59,734 nt of DNA, filler included, from 5 parts of 5 records of this genome joined end to end with filler, not necessarily neighbours in it; one strand, 5' to 3'. Numbered from the whole stretch's first letter, positions 1-9,563 are shown. A program made the numbers and translations. The notes: generated by a model from the letters alone, not told the origin.

Positions 1-146
1 ATGGTGGCCGGGGTGTCGGTTAAGATTCTGTCGCCTGTTTAGGCTATGGGGCTGTGCCGGGTTCTGTGATTGGATTTTACCGTCGGAATGGTGATGTCAT
101 CCTTTGACTGACATATCTTAATGTTTAGATAAGTTAAGGAGCAGCA

Positions 147-1757
147 GTGAAAATTAAAGAAGTACAACTGAATCGATTTAAACGATTCACAGACCTTAAG
201 TTGAGAATACCTGAAACTGCAAAACTTATAGTTCTAGTGGGCCCGAATGGTAGCGGTAAGACTTCCCTTTTTGAAGCCTTTAATCATTGGTATAAATTCA
301 AGGGTTTCAATGATCGTGGCATTCAAGATTATCTTGAAAAGAATGATGGTGATATGACTGCTCCAGATATTTGGCGACAGACCTCTCCGAAAAAAGTTGA
401 GATGGAGTTTTATCATAATCAAGAATTTAGCAAAGAACAGATAAAAGGTAAGTTTTACTTTAGGACTGCATATAGAAACGACCCTGATTTTACTGTTTCT
501 AACTTAAACAGGCAAAACAATCCAGCAGAAACAATAAGACTTCAAAATTTAATGCAGAACGATCAAACAGTTTCTGAAAATTATCAGAGACTCGTAGCAC
601 AAACTTTAGCAGGCGTTTATAGCGCATCAAATGATGCCAAGACAGTTGAGCAACTTAGAGATGAATTGGTTGGAAAAATAAAAGATTCTCTATCAAAGAT
701 ATTTGATGATCTAAATTTAAGTTCCATCGGTGATCCTTTGTCAAACGGAAGTTTTTATTTTGAAAAAGGGACTGCTAAAGACTTCCATTATAAAAATCTA
801 TCAGCCGGAGAGAAGTCAGTATTCGACTTAGTCCTTGATATGATTATCAAATCGAGTTTCTATTCAGATGCAGTTTTTTGTATTGATGAACCAGAAGCAC
901 ATATGCATACAAGGCTGCAGTCAAAAGTTCTTAGAGAGCTTAATAGCTTAACCCCAGATAATTCCCAGCTTTGGATTTCGACGCATTCGATTGGGATGTT
1001 AAAAGAAGCGGAGGATATCGAAGGAGAAAACCCTGGTACGGTGGTGTTTTTAGATTTCGATAATAGAGATTTTGATTTGGCAGAGGTGATACAGCCAACT
1101 ATAATAAGTAGAGCTATTTGGGATCGTTTTTTTGATTTAGCTTTTGCTGATTTTTCAAAGCTAATCTCACCTCAAAAAATTGTATTTTGTGAAGGAACAA
1201 GCCAAGGAAGAAAATACAAAGACTTTGACGCTTTAGTTTATGGAAAAATACTTGGAGAAAAGCATCATGGTGCGACTTTTGTGTCGGTCGGATCATGCTC
1301 AGAAATAGAAGATTTAGAAAACCAATCTGTAAAAATGATTTCAAAAATATTGAAGTCATCTGAGATTATCAAGTTTGTCGATAGAGACGATAAAAGTGAC
1401 GTTGAGGTAGATGAGCTTTTACAAAAAGGTATTAAGACGTCAGGCCGAAGACACATTGAATGCTATCTGCTCGATGATGAGATTATTGAAAAACTATGTT
1501 CAAATGTGGGTAAAGATGAATTTACTGAACAATGCTTACAGGCAAAGACCGCAGCTATTCAAAATAGTGTAGATAGAGGAAATCCGAAGGACGATATTAA
1601 GTCTGCTAGCGGGGAATTATTCACTCAGCTAAAACGAATTCTCAACTTGATGCAATGTGGCAACAATAAATGTGCATTTTTAAGAGATACTATGGCGCCA
1701 TTAGTAACTGAAGAAACTAAAGTATTCGAGGAAATTGAAAAAGAAATATTTGGTTAG
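147..1757 (+). CDS. ABC-type ATPase fused to a C-terminal TOPRIM-like domain (OLD / fused PARIS-like ATP-dependent nuclease)
   Basis: Walker A GPNGSGKT, signature LSAGEK, Walker B CIDEPEAHMH, H-loop STHS. C-terminal FCEG...D, DRD and RRHIECYLLD motifs are typical of OLD/DUF4435-type TOPRIM. GTG start preceded by AAGGAG. Confidence 0.8.
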   Translation: MKIKEVQLNRFKRFTDLKLRIPETAKLIVLVGPNGSGKTSLFEAFNHWYKFKGFNDRGIQDYLEKNDGDMTAPDIWRQTSPKKVEMEFYHNQEFSKEQIKGKFYFRTAYRNDPDFTVSNLNRQNNPAETIRLQNLMQNDQTVSENYQRLVAQTLAGVYSASNDAKTVEQLRDELVGKIKDSLSKIFDDLNLSSIGDPLSNGSFYFEKGTAKDFHYKNLSAGEKSVFDLVLDMIIKSSFYSDAVFCIDEPEAHMHTRLQSKVLRELNSLTPDNSQLWISTHSIGMLKEAEDIEGENPGTVVFLDFDNRDFDLAEVIQPTIISRAIWDRFFDLAFADFSKLISPQKIVFCEGTSQGRKYKDFDALVYGKILGEKHHGATFVSVGSCSEIEDLENQSVKMISKILKSSEIIKFVDRDDKSDVEVDELLQKGIKTSGRRHIECYLLDDEIIEKLCSNVGKDEFTEQCLQAKTAAIQNSVDRGNPKDDIKSASGELFTQLKRILNLMQCGNNKCAFLRDTMAPLVTEETKVFEEIEKEIFG

Positions 1758-1791
1758 CCGAAATTACTCATATAACAAAGCTTTTGGGGAC

Positions 1792-1814
1792 TTCGGGGGA
1801 TAGCCTACAGAATT
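1792..1814 (+). repeat. Copy 1 of an imperfect 23-bp intergenic motif (TTCgGGGGAtAGcctACagAATT)
   Basis: 16/23 positions identical to 8088-8110; both copies lie just downstream of a stop codon. Confidence 0.4.
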
Positions 1815-1962
1815 AAAACAAGTGAAATACTGACGGATAAACCGCTGATTTCAATAGTTCTACGAGGAATTCATAAAAATTGTTTTATCGGAAAATAAAT
1901 ATATTTCAGTTGTCGGCACATGACAATATCTTTTTTTTTACGATGGGGGTGTGTGGCCAAAT

Positions 1963-4900
1963 ATGAGCCTTGCAGGAATACGTTCAAACAGAGGTGATAC
2001 CTACCAGCGATCTGTGGCGCTCTTTTTAATTGTTGAGATGCTCTTAAATGAGAACATAGCTGGACTTCAAGTTGACGCTATTGCATTACCAGACGAAAAT
2101 TATCTGATTTATGGAGATGATATTGTAATTATTTTTAGTAATGGCAAAAAACGTTTTCTTCAGGCAAAAGTGAACCAAAGCAAATATCAGTACTGGAATC
2201 TAACAGATTCTGTATTAAAAAAAGAATTAATCTCTGCCAAAAATCAACTTATTGCTGACCCGTCTTGTGATTTTTATTTCTATTCTCGGACCCCTTTTAG
2301 TGTCCTGCAACGTCTTATAGAAGAAGTTAATTTATATCCCAATCACCAATCTTTTCTTAGGGTGGCACCACAAGGACAGAAAGATACATTGGAAAGCCTT
2401 GTTGAGCTTTGGGAAAATGATCAACCGGCTGCATTTAATTTAGTAAAGCGGATCGGTATAGGAGACCATCATTCTTCAGAGGAATGGCAAAGATATAGTC
2501 TTAGATTACTAAAAACAAATTTTTCCCAATCAGAAACAGCATTTGAGCTAATTTATAATTATGTAGATCGGCAACACAGTAAATTGGGTGATCCCTGTTT
2601 TGTAATAAATCGAAAAGATGTGCTTGATATGCTTAAAAAGCATGGCATCTATAATGCTCTTGGATTTAATGAAAAAATACTTGTAGAAAAATTTCGAGCA
2701 TTTTCATTACAAGGGCGTCAATGGGTTCGAACTATAGGCGGTTCCATTATCAATAGACCTGAACTTGAACTTTTAAAACAGGCTGTTAGCACAAATATGC
2801 CTTCTGTGCTTTTGGAAGACGTTGCAGGTGGTGGGAAGACGTGTATTTTGCTTGATTTGATGGATTACTTAGATAAACAAGATGACATTGCAACCTTATT
2901 TATAAAAGGAGATCTTTTTGCTTCAATTAATTCACTTAGTGAGTTGAGTGAATTTGGTTTGCCTGAAGATTTTCTTGCACAGTGTGCGCACTTAGCCGGC
3001 ATACGCCAGTTGATTATCATTTTAGACTCATTGGATGTTTTGGCAGTTGGGCGAAGCCACAAGAGTCTTCAAAGCTTTTTGGGATTAATCGCAAATCTAA
3101 ACAATGTTCCGAATATTACAATTATTGCGGCCAGCCGTTCATTCGACGCGAAATATGATCCTTTATTGAGGGAAATGTCATGGGCTGAGGTTGTTACGGT
3201 TAAACCTCTTTCTTACAAAGACGATATTTCACCCTTGTTAACTGAGTGGGGTATCAATCCTGATAATATAAATAGCACATTACAAAGTTTATTATTAGTT
3301 CCTCAAAATTTGCGATTGTTTTATGTTTTGATCCAAAAAGGGATTACTTTATCAGATATTGAAGAGCACGATCTTTATGATTTATACATACAGGAATTGA
3401 TAGAAAAAGATCAAAACTTGGGTATTGAAATTGTAAATGAACTTCAAAATATTGCAGTAGATTTATTAAAGATACGCAGTTATAAATTCCCAAAAAATTT
3501 ACTGAAGGTCAGCGCCCAAGAGTTGCAACGTTTACAAAGTCAAGAAATAATTACCGAAATTAGCCCGCACCAATTAATGTTCAGCCATCAAACTTTGGCT
3601 GATGCTCTTCGAATTCGGCAGGCCCAGAAAAATGGAGTTGATTTACATCAATTTGTAATTTCTCAGCCTCAATTACCATTTATTAGACCTGTCGTAAGGT
3701 CTTTTATACTATCCCTTAGGTTGGTTCAGCCAGATCAATTTACAAAACAAATGCGCAAATTCTTTTTGGAAAAGAGTATTTCAATGCATTTAAAAAGACT
3801 CTCGGTTGAAACATTAGCTGAGATGGTTCCAAGAGAAGACGACCTTTTGATAGTGTCTGTACTTTCATCAAGATTACCAACACTATTTAGTCGATTTCTT
3901 GATCGGGCTAGTAGCGAAGAATGGTTTTCGTTATTGCATAATAGCTGGTTGGTAAAAGTTAATATTTCTACTATAGAAAATATAACTGGTAGCGTCCTAC
4001 GTTACGTCTCACGATTTTTAGATGGTCACGAAGAGGCTTTAATTAGCCTATGGAATCGTGCTTTTGATGAACAATGGCTTCCTGTTGACAACCTAGTTTG
4101 GCTAATCTCATCTGATTTAAAGAAGCTTAAAAGGTGGGATATTGACGGGGTTACCCTCCTTCTGAAAAAGCTCCTTGGGGCTAAAGAAAAAAGCGGAGGG
4201 GATGTCGGCCATACAATTTGCAAATATATCGAAGCAACGGATTGCGGTGATGAGTTATTGTGGCAATTCATTATCCGAGATTCTGAATCTATTGCTAATA
4301 TAAAGCGTGGCAGAGAATTAAAACTCAATTGCCGAAAACATGATCTTTTGAATGAAGATTTTTTAGTAGAGCGGTTGAAATCCTCTGATATTTTGTTTGG
4401 CAATGTAATTGATTATTTATTACAGTTTTCTCAGAACTTTAGTCCTGAAGAGGGAAGTTATCCCTTCGAATCAAATTTGTTGGATTCAACATCCTATAAT
4501 AGACGTCATACAGATTGGGATACGAGACATCAAGACTCAATTCATGAATTTTTAGATGCTATTGAGTCTGCGATGAAATTCAGAGCGACAACTAATGATC
4601 CTTGTTGGAAAGGATATGAATCTCGTTTAAGAAATAGTCGTGAATTGGGTGTGCAGTATTTATTATGTGAGACCTATTTAACAAATATTCCAGACTATTT
4701 AGAAGGGATAGAGCAACAACTCATAAATAAAAAACTATTAAGGTATGGTCACTTAGAATATGAGTTGGGGATGTTGGCAGCTAAAGCCTACCCTCTACTA
4801 TCCTATAAGGTGCAAGAAGATCATCAGTGGCTATTATTACAACTATATGATGATGTAAAAGACAAATATGACTGGACAGAAAGGGCAATTTACAAACATT

Positions 4901-6492
4901 TGGTTTGGATTCCAGCGATATTTAGGCTTGTTGAGTTAAAAGGTTTCTATGAAAAATGTGAAAAAAAATATGGAACAGCTATTCCTAATCCATCCATAAG
5001 AGCAAGAGGTGGATTTGTGAAATCTCCTGTTTCCTCCGAGAAATTGATTGAGCTAAGTCATGGAACATTGATTAAATTATTTAATCATTATGATTCATAC
5101 GATAAATGGGAGGATAGTCTATCTGGCCCACTAATAGGTGGCCGTGAAAGTTTAGAAAGCTCATTAAGAACTGCTGCGTCATGGGTACCAATGCATTTTA
5201 TCCCCTTGGTGCCAATGATAGCTGATGCTGCGTTATCAATGAGTTTTGTTTATTCAATCATTGATGGATTAAGCCTGCACCTGCGATGTCGTTTTGGCAA
5301 CCTTAGTAGTTCAGATTGGAAGTCTATTGAACCTTTGCCTGATGGGAGAGCATTAGCAGTAACCGTTCTTGATTTGGTGGAGCGATTTTGTAGAAATGAT
5401 GACCGTAGGTATACCACATCCCAAGCTGTTGAAGCTTGTAGCGAAATTCTTTATGATAACCTGTCTCTGGAGAGAATTTATTTTCAGCTTTGGTTGTTGG
5501 GCTTGCACAAAAATCCAGAGCCGGAGAAAGATGAAGATTCTCGTGATTTAGTCGGCAGTGGCATTAATTCTATCCGGGGCATTGCTGCCGAATCCGTATT
5601 AAAAATATGTAATAATTTATTGGAGAATCAAAAGCCAATAACAGAGGAATTAAGGCAATTACTTTTTAGGTACGCAAAAGACCCTTCAATGGTTGTGAGG
5701 GCAACTTTCCTCAGAAGATTTCCATATTTTCATAGCAAGGAGGTTGAGTTAGGTTGGGAACTATTTATGCTGTTAGTTCAAAACTATAAGCCGAGATTAT
5801 TAAAACATTTAGAACAGATCTTATATTATCAGTATCATGCAAATTTTGATCACGTGAAACCTTATTTGGATTTGTTAAAGACCGTTGATGACGAAAAGAG
5901 TTCTGCTGCTTGGGGTCGGTTAGCGACCCTGTCTTTTTTGTCAGACCATATTAATGAAGAAGAATTATGGCAAGGTGTGCATGAACGCCATGAGGCTACG
6001 AGAGAAGGTATGGGGCAGGTATTCGTTGCAAATATTAATAGCTCTAAAAGTACAAGGGCCTGCATAAGAGGCTTATCCCGGTTAATGGAAGATGATGAAC
6101 TGAAATCAGTTTTTTCTGAATTTGAACGCTCTCTTGAGGATAAGGAACAATTAAGTTTTGTACCCTTTTCCTTGGTTAAACTATTTATCACTAATAGTCC
6201 TGCAGAACATGTTAGAGAAATTGATGGAGTATTTCACTGGCTAGAACAAAACGTTCTGGTGACGCCAAATAAAGTACTTGAGATATTGGAAGGCATTATA
6301 AATAAATTATCTGATTTATCAGGGCCGATTTATTTTCATAGGCCTGATGCCTTGATTGCAACCTTAAAATTGCTTCTTCAGGAAGCGGATTTGTCAGACG
6401 AAAATGAATTTATAAATAAAGTGTTATACGTTCAAGATTGGTTTCTTGATCAAGGTGTTAAGGAATTAGAAACTCTGCTTGATACGGCGTGA
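1963..6492 (+). CDS. STAND/NACHT-like NTPase with an N-terminal Cap4-like PD-(D/E)xK nuclease and a long helical C-terminal sensor region (Avs/NLR-like antiphage protein)
   Basis: N-terminal RGDTYQ...DDIVI...FLQAK nuclease motifs, Walker A variant EDVAGGGKT, Walker B IIILDSLD, then ASR, PQNL and FSHQT STAND motifs. About 900 aa of predicted helical C-terminus. ATG at 1963 preferred over GTG at 1951. Confidence 0.75.
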   Translation: MSLAGIRSNRGDTYQRSVALFLIVEMLLNENIAGLQVDAIALPDENYLIYGDDIVIIFSNGKKRFLQAKVNQSKYQYWNLTDSVLKKELISAKNQLIADPSCDFYFYSRTPFSVLQRLIEEVNLYPNHQSFLRVAPQGQKDTLESLVELWENDQPAAFNLVKRIGIGDHHSSEEWQRYSLRLLKTNFSQSETAFELIYNYVDRQHSKLGDPCFVINRKDVLDMLKKHGIYNALGFNEKILVEKFRAFSLQGRQWVRTIGGSIINRPELELLKQAVSTNMPSVLLEDVAGGGKTCILLDLMDYLDKQDDIATLFIKGDLFASINSLSELSEFGLPEDFLAQCAHLAGIRQLIIILDSLDVLAVGRSHKSLQSFLGLIANLNNVPNITIIAASRSFDAKYDPLLREMSWAEVVTVKPLSYKDDISPLLTEWGINPDNINSTLQSLLLVPQNLRLFYVLIQKGITLSDIEEHDLYDLYIQELIEKDQNLGIEIVNELQNIAVDLLKIRSYKFPKNLLKVSAQELQRLQSQEIITEISPHQLMFSHQTLADALRIRQAQKNGVDLHQFVISQPQLPFIRPVVRSFILSLRLVQPDQFTKQMRKFFLEKSISMHLKRLSVETLAEMVPREDDLLIVSVLSSRLPTLFSRFLDRASSEEWFSLLHNSWLVKVNISTIENITGSVLRYVSRFLDGHEEALISLWNRAFDEQWLPVDNLVWLISSDLKKLKRWDIDGVTLLLKKLLGAKEKSGGDVGHTICKYIEATDCGDELLWQFIIRDSESIANIKRGRELKLNCRKHDLLNEDFLVERLKSSDILFGNVIDYLLQFSQNFSPEEGSYPFESNLLDSTSYNRRHTDWDTRHQDSIHEFLDAIESAMKFRATTNDPCWKGYESRLRNSRELGVQYLLCETYLTNIPDYLEGIEQQLINKKLLRYGHLEYELGMLAAKAYPLLSYKVQEDHQWLLLQLYDDVKDKYDWTERAIYKHLVWIPAIFRLVELKGFYEKCEKKYGTAIPNPSIRARGGFVKSPVSSEKLIELSHGTLIKLFNHYDSYDKWEDSLSGPLIGGRESLESSLRTAASWVPMHFIPLVPMIADAALSMSFVYSIIDGLSLHLRCRFGNLSSSDWKSIEPLPDGRALAVTVLDLVERFCRNDDRRYTTSQAVEACSEILYDNLSLERIYFQLWLLGLHKNPEPEKDEDSRDLVGSGINSIRGIAAESVLKICNNLLENQKPITEELRQLLFRYAKDPSMVVRATFLRRFPYFHSKEVELGWELFMLLVQNYKPRLLKHLEQILYYQYHANFDHVKPYLDLLKTVDDEKSSAAWGRLATLSFLSDHINEEELWQGVHERHEATREGMGQVFVANINSSKSTRACIRGLSRLMEDDELKSVFSEFERSLEDKEQLSFVPFSLVKLFITNSPAEHVREIDGVFHWLEQNVLVTPNKVLEILEGIINKLSDLSGPIYFHRPDALIATLKLLLQEADLSDENEFINKVLYVQDWFLDQGVKELETLLDTA

Positions 6493-6652
6493 TCATTTTG
6501 GATTTGCACTTTATGTAAATTGATCCAGCGGCTTTGTTCAACAATAAAAATCAAACGGGTGAGTCGGTTATTTGGGGTGTTAAAGCAAGAATGATTGTTT
6601 AGCTCATTAAAAATAATTGAATAATTCAAACAGCAAAATAAAGGTACCCAGT

Positions 6653-7069
6653 ATGCAACCATGGGTTATTCACGCTGTGATTGCTATGGTAAGTATCACA
6701 GCTATGATGGTTCTATTCAAAGAACTTACCGATAGAAATATATCGACAGAAATCATAAATTTATATTTTTTTTTATTTACAACCGTTGCCATATTCTTTT
6801 TTGTTTTAATTAGAAAAACGAGTTTACAATTTCCAGTTGATAGTACTTGGCATTTTATTGCATTGGCTGCTATTGCAGTAAGTTATAACTATTATAATAT
6901 ATCTGCCATCAAACATGCTCCCAATGCAGGCTATGCAGAAGCAATCGTTTCATTCAGGTTCGTTGCTTTGGCAATTATAATGACAATGTTTCATGGTGCA
7001 GAGCTAACTATCAAAAAAATAATTGGTATGATTTTAGTATTTATTGGTATTATCTTAGTAGGAATATAA
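6653..7069 (+). CDS. Single-domain EamA/DMT-family small membrane transporter
   Basis: About 5 hydrophobic segments and an AIKHAPNAGY...GAELTIKKIIGMILVFIGIILV ending typical of EamA. Likely ATG start at 6653. Confidence 0.7.
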   Translation: MQPWVIHAVIAMVSITAMMVLFKELTDRNISTEIINLYFFLFTTVAIFFFVLIRKTSLQFPVDSTWHFIALAAIAVSYNYYNISAIKHAPNAGYAEAIVSFRFVALAIIMTMFHGAELTIKKIIGMILVFIGIILVGI

Positions 7070-7318
7070 TTATCTTTAAGGATGATAAAAAATATGCGGT
7101 TTAAAAAAAATGAAAACTTGAGAACTAAGATTATTTAAGGGTTTCCCCGATTGATTACTCCTGTACTTTGTGCACAAAACTACGTCACAACAAAAATAAT
7201 AATGAGGAGGTATATCAAAAAGCAAACTCATTTATAGATAGCAGATCCAATTCTACATCAGAAATTAAGAACTCATACACCATATTAATTTTTTTTATAC
7301 ACTGAAAAGGATAATCGG

Positions 7319-7804
7319 ATGATATCGATAGATAAACTAGGATTCGGAACTTCAAAAGATCTCAGTAGAGTCACAGGTGGTGAAGGTAAAGTTTATGAAC
7401 GGACAATTGAATTTGGTAGGACTGTAATCAATATAGAGAATATTGGTTCGTTAGTACTGATCGATGAAAAAAGAAATCATGCTCTAACAATTGTCGCAAT
7501 TATAATTGGATTATTTGGTTTTTCAGTTTTTTCTCTCAGTTCGTTATTCGGTATTGTGGTATTAGCCATCGGGCTCGCATTGGGTGCTTGGAATATTTTG
7601 AAAAAAATGGAAGTATATCTTTCAATAGGTACTTGTGACGGTAAATCTACAATAATAGTTTCAAAAAATCGTTTATTCCTGAAGAAGGTCAGAACATTAA
7701 TACGAAAAAAAATTGATACTAAAAGTAAAAGCTCTGCGACGATTAATATAGAAAACAGTGCTATTGCAATAGGTGATTCGTCGCACGCGGTTAGCAAAAA
7801 TTAA
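7319..7804 (+). CDS. Two-TM membrane protein (DUF6232-like) with a C-terminal INIENSAIAIGDSSHA motif
   Basis: Beta-rich N-terminus, a TM hairpin, then YLSIGTCDG...SKN..FLKKV..I resembling DUF6232 proteins; the short tail is shared with the next gene. Confidence 0.55.
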   Translation: MISIDKLGFGTSKDLSRVTGGEGKVYERTIEFGRTVINIENIGSLVLIDEKRNHALTIVAIIIGLFGFSVFSLSSLFGIVVLAIGLALGAWNILKKMEVYLSIGTCDGKSTIIVSKNRLFLKKVRTLIRKKIDTKSKSSATINIENSAIAIGDSSHAVSKN

Positions 7805-7818
7805 AAGAAAGAAAACAC

Positions 7819-8070
7819 ATGTCCGACATAAAAATAAAAAATAGTGCTATTGCTATTGGGAAAGGAGCAAAAGCGTCTAACAATTTGAATTCATCAAACG
7901 AGGCGGATATTTTAAATACAGATCAAGCATCTATAATAAAGTCCAGTTACAAGACTAAAAGGGTAAAAAACCCCATCTCTAAAATTATGGAAACCTCTTT
8001 GCAGATTCCAGTTGGTATAATCGCAAGCATCATAGCCGCATTACTCTTAAGCTATTGTGGTCTACAATAA
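7819..8070 (+). CDS. 83-aa protein with an N-terminal IKIKNSAIAIGKGAKA motif and a C-terminal TM helix
   Basis: ORF starts 14 nt after the upstream stop; hydrophobic C-terminus IPVGIIASIIAALLLSYCG; motif shared with the upstream gene. Confidence 0.6.
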   Translation: MSDIKIKNSAIAIGKGAKASNNLNSSNEADILNTDQASIIKSSYKTKRVKNPISKIMETSLQIPVGIIASIIAALLLSYCGLQ

Positions 8071-8087
8071 AGTTTCAATTCGCAGAA

Positions 8088-8110
8088 TTCCGGGGACAGT
8101 TCACTTAATT
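8088..8110 (+). repeat. Copy 2 of the imperfect 23-bp intergenic motif (TTCcGGGGAcAGttcACttAATT)
   Basis: 16/23 identity to 1792-1814. Confidence 0.4.
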
Positions 8111-8180
8111 CCAACAACGAACATTCTATGGACAAGCCGCAGATGTCCAAAGTTACAAATCAAATTAAATTATGAAAATC

Positions 8181-8280
8181 NNNNNNNNNNNNNNNNNNNN
8201 NNNNNNNNNNNNNNNNNNNNNNNNTTAATTAATTAANNNNNNNNNNNNNNNNNNNNNNNNNNNNNNNNNNNNNNNNNNNN
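8181..8280. other. Artificial contig linker (N44-TTAATTAATTAA-N44)
   Basis: N runs flank a 12-mer with stops in all six frames; the same structure occurs four times. Confidence 0.98.
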
Positions 8281-8479
8281 TGGGTATTTTTCTGGATAAG
8301 GAAATTAATAAAGCTATCACATTTGTAGATGTTAATGTACACCTACTTGCTATCATATCTCTTAATTCCTTAATTGTAACGTGGTTTATTTGGGTGATGG
8401 AAGCATAATGCTTTTGTTCGCCACCAATTGCTACTCTCGCTTGTCCTTTTTGAAGAAGATGATACTTTAATTGTGACAT
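8281..8479 (-). CDS. HU-like DNA-binding protein (Bacteroidota HU-HIG type), truncated by the contig end
   Basis: KHYA....VTIKEL...IASRCTLT..NV.A.L pattern of Bacteroidota HU-like proteins; runs into the linker. Confidence 0.6.
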
Positions 8480-8815
8480 AATTTAAGATTTAAAGGTGAA
8501 TACTTTTGAAAGACCTTCGATAGATCTTTAACAAATTGCATGCCAGCTAGATAAGTGCTTATGTTATCCGGTTTTGATAAATTAGGAAAACTAAGAAATA
8601 ATTTTTGTTCTAGTAGTGATTATTCTTAAACATGAATAATTTATTAGATTTACATTGCAATAATGTACTTGAATTGAATATCTACATAAACATTTAAAAT
8701 CAGTTGCTTATTTTATCTTACTTTGAGTTAATGAATGTGCTAAGTTTGATGATCATTAGTGGACGTTTACATTAATAAACACATTATTAACTTTACACAA
8801 ATTTGAAATTATATA

Positions 8816-9547
8816 ATGAGTTTCGAAAACAAACAACACCTAAACTTTAGGAGAATAATAAGTGGACTCTTATTAATTCTATTTTTTATTCCAGGAAGAG
8901 CACAGATTCTTGAACCTTCTTTTTCATTTGGATATGGATCCTATGCTATGAGTGACCTGAAAAGGCTTCAAGATAATTTAATTGAACAGATTCCATTTCC
9001 TTTAAAAATAGTTGATAATTTTCCTAGTTATGCTAATTATGAAATGAGCTTAATGGTTCCTCTAGTGAGTAAGTATCATAAGGTAGGTATAGCATTTGGA
9101 GGTATGTCCACAGGTAGTCGGGCTAATGTTAGTGATTATTCAGGATCATATACATTAGATCAAATGGTCAAAGGTACTCGGTTCGGAATTAACTATGAAG
9201 GTTTGTTAAGTGAATTTTCAATATTCCAATTAAACTTTAATACTAATGTGAGTTATCTGCAAACTGAATATCAATTAAAGGAGAAATATTTACTAGGCAA
9301 CCAGATTAATCAGGAAGAAACAATAGAATTAGTTTCTTCAAGCCTTTGCTTTGAACCCAGATTAAAGTTCTCAATGTTAGTTAGGAGACTGGTTTTATCT
9401 GTGCAGGCAGGATATATGTTAGATTCAAATAAACCGTTACATTTAAAGGATGATAAAGACCTTGAGCTACAATTAGATGAAGAATCCATTGGTGCAGATT
9501 TTAGTGGGGTTAGGTTTAATGCAATATTATCGTTTAGAATAGGGTAG
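8816..9547 (+). CDS. Outer-membrane beta-barrel protein, function unknown
   Basis: Signal peptide, alternating amphipathic strands, C-terminal GVRFNAILSFRIG. Confidence 0.6.
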   Translation: MSFENKQHLNFRRIISGLLLILFFIPGRAQILEPSFSFGYGSYAMSDLKRLQDNLIEQIPFPLKIVDNFPSYANYEMSLMVPLVSKYHKVGIAFGGMSTGSRANVSDYSGSYTLDQMVKGTRFGINYEGLLSEFSIFQLNFNTNVSYLQTEYQLKEKYLLGNQINQEETIELVSSSLCFEPRLKFSMLVRRLVLSVQAGYMLDSNKPLHLKDDKDLELQLDEESIGADFSGVRFNAILSFRIG

Positions 9548-9563
9548 TTTAATAAAATACAAT

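Noticed and set aside
120-1800. Integron cassette (attC) around the ATPase-TOPRIM gene
   Set aside because: TAACAAAG follows the stop, but I could not find a matching GTTRRRY end or an attC-like inverted repeat, and no integrase is in view.
1951-6492. Naming the STAND gene avs3, avs4 or similar
   Set aside because: The architecture is similar, but I cannot confirm family membership without HMM or phylogenetic analysis.
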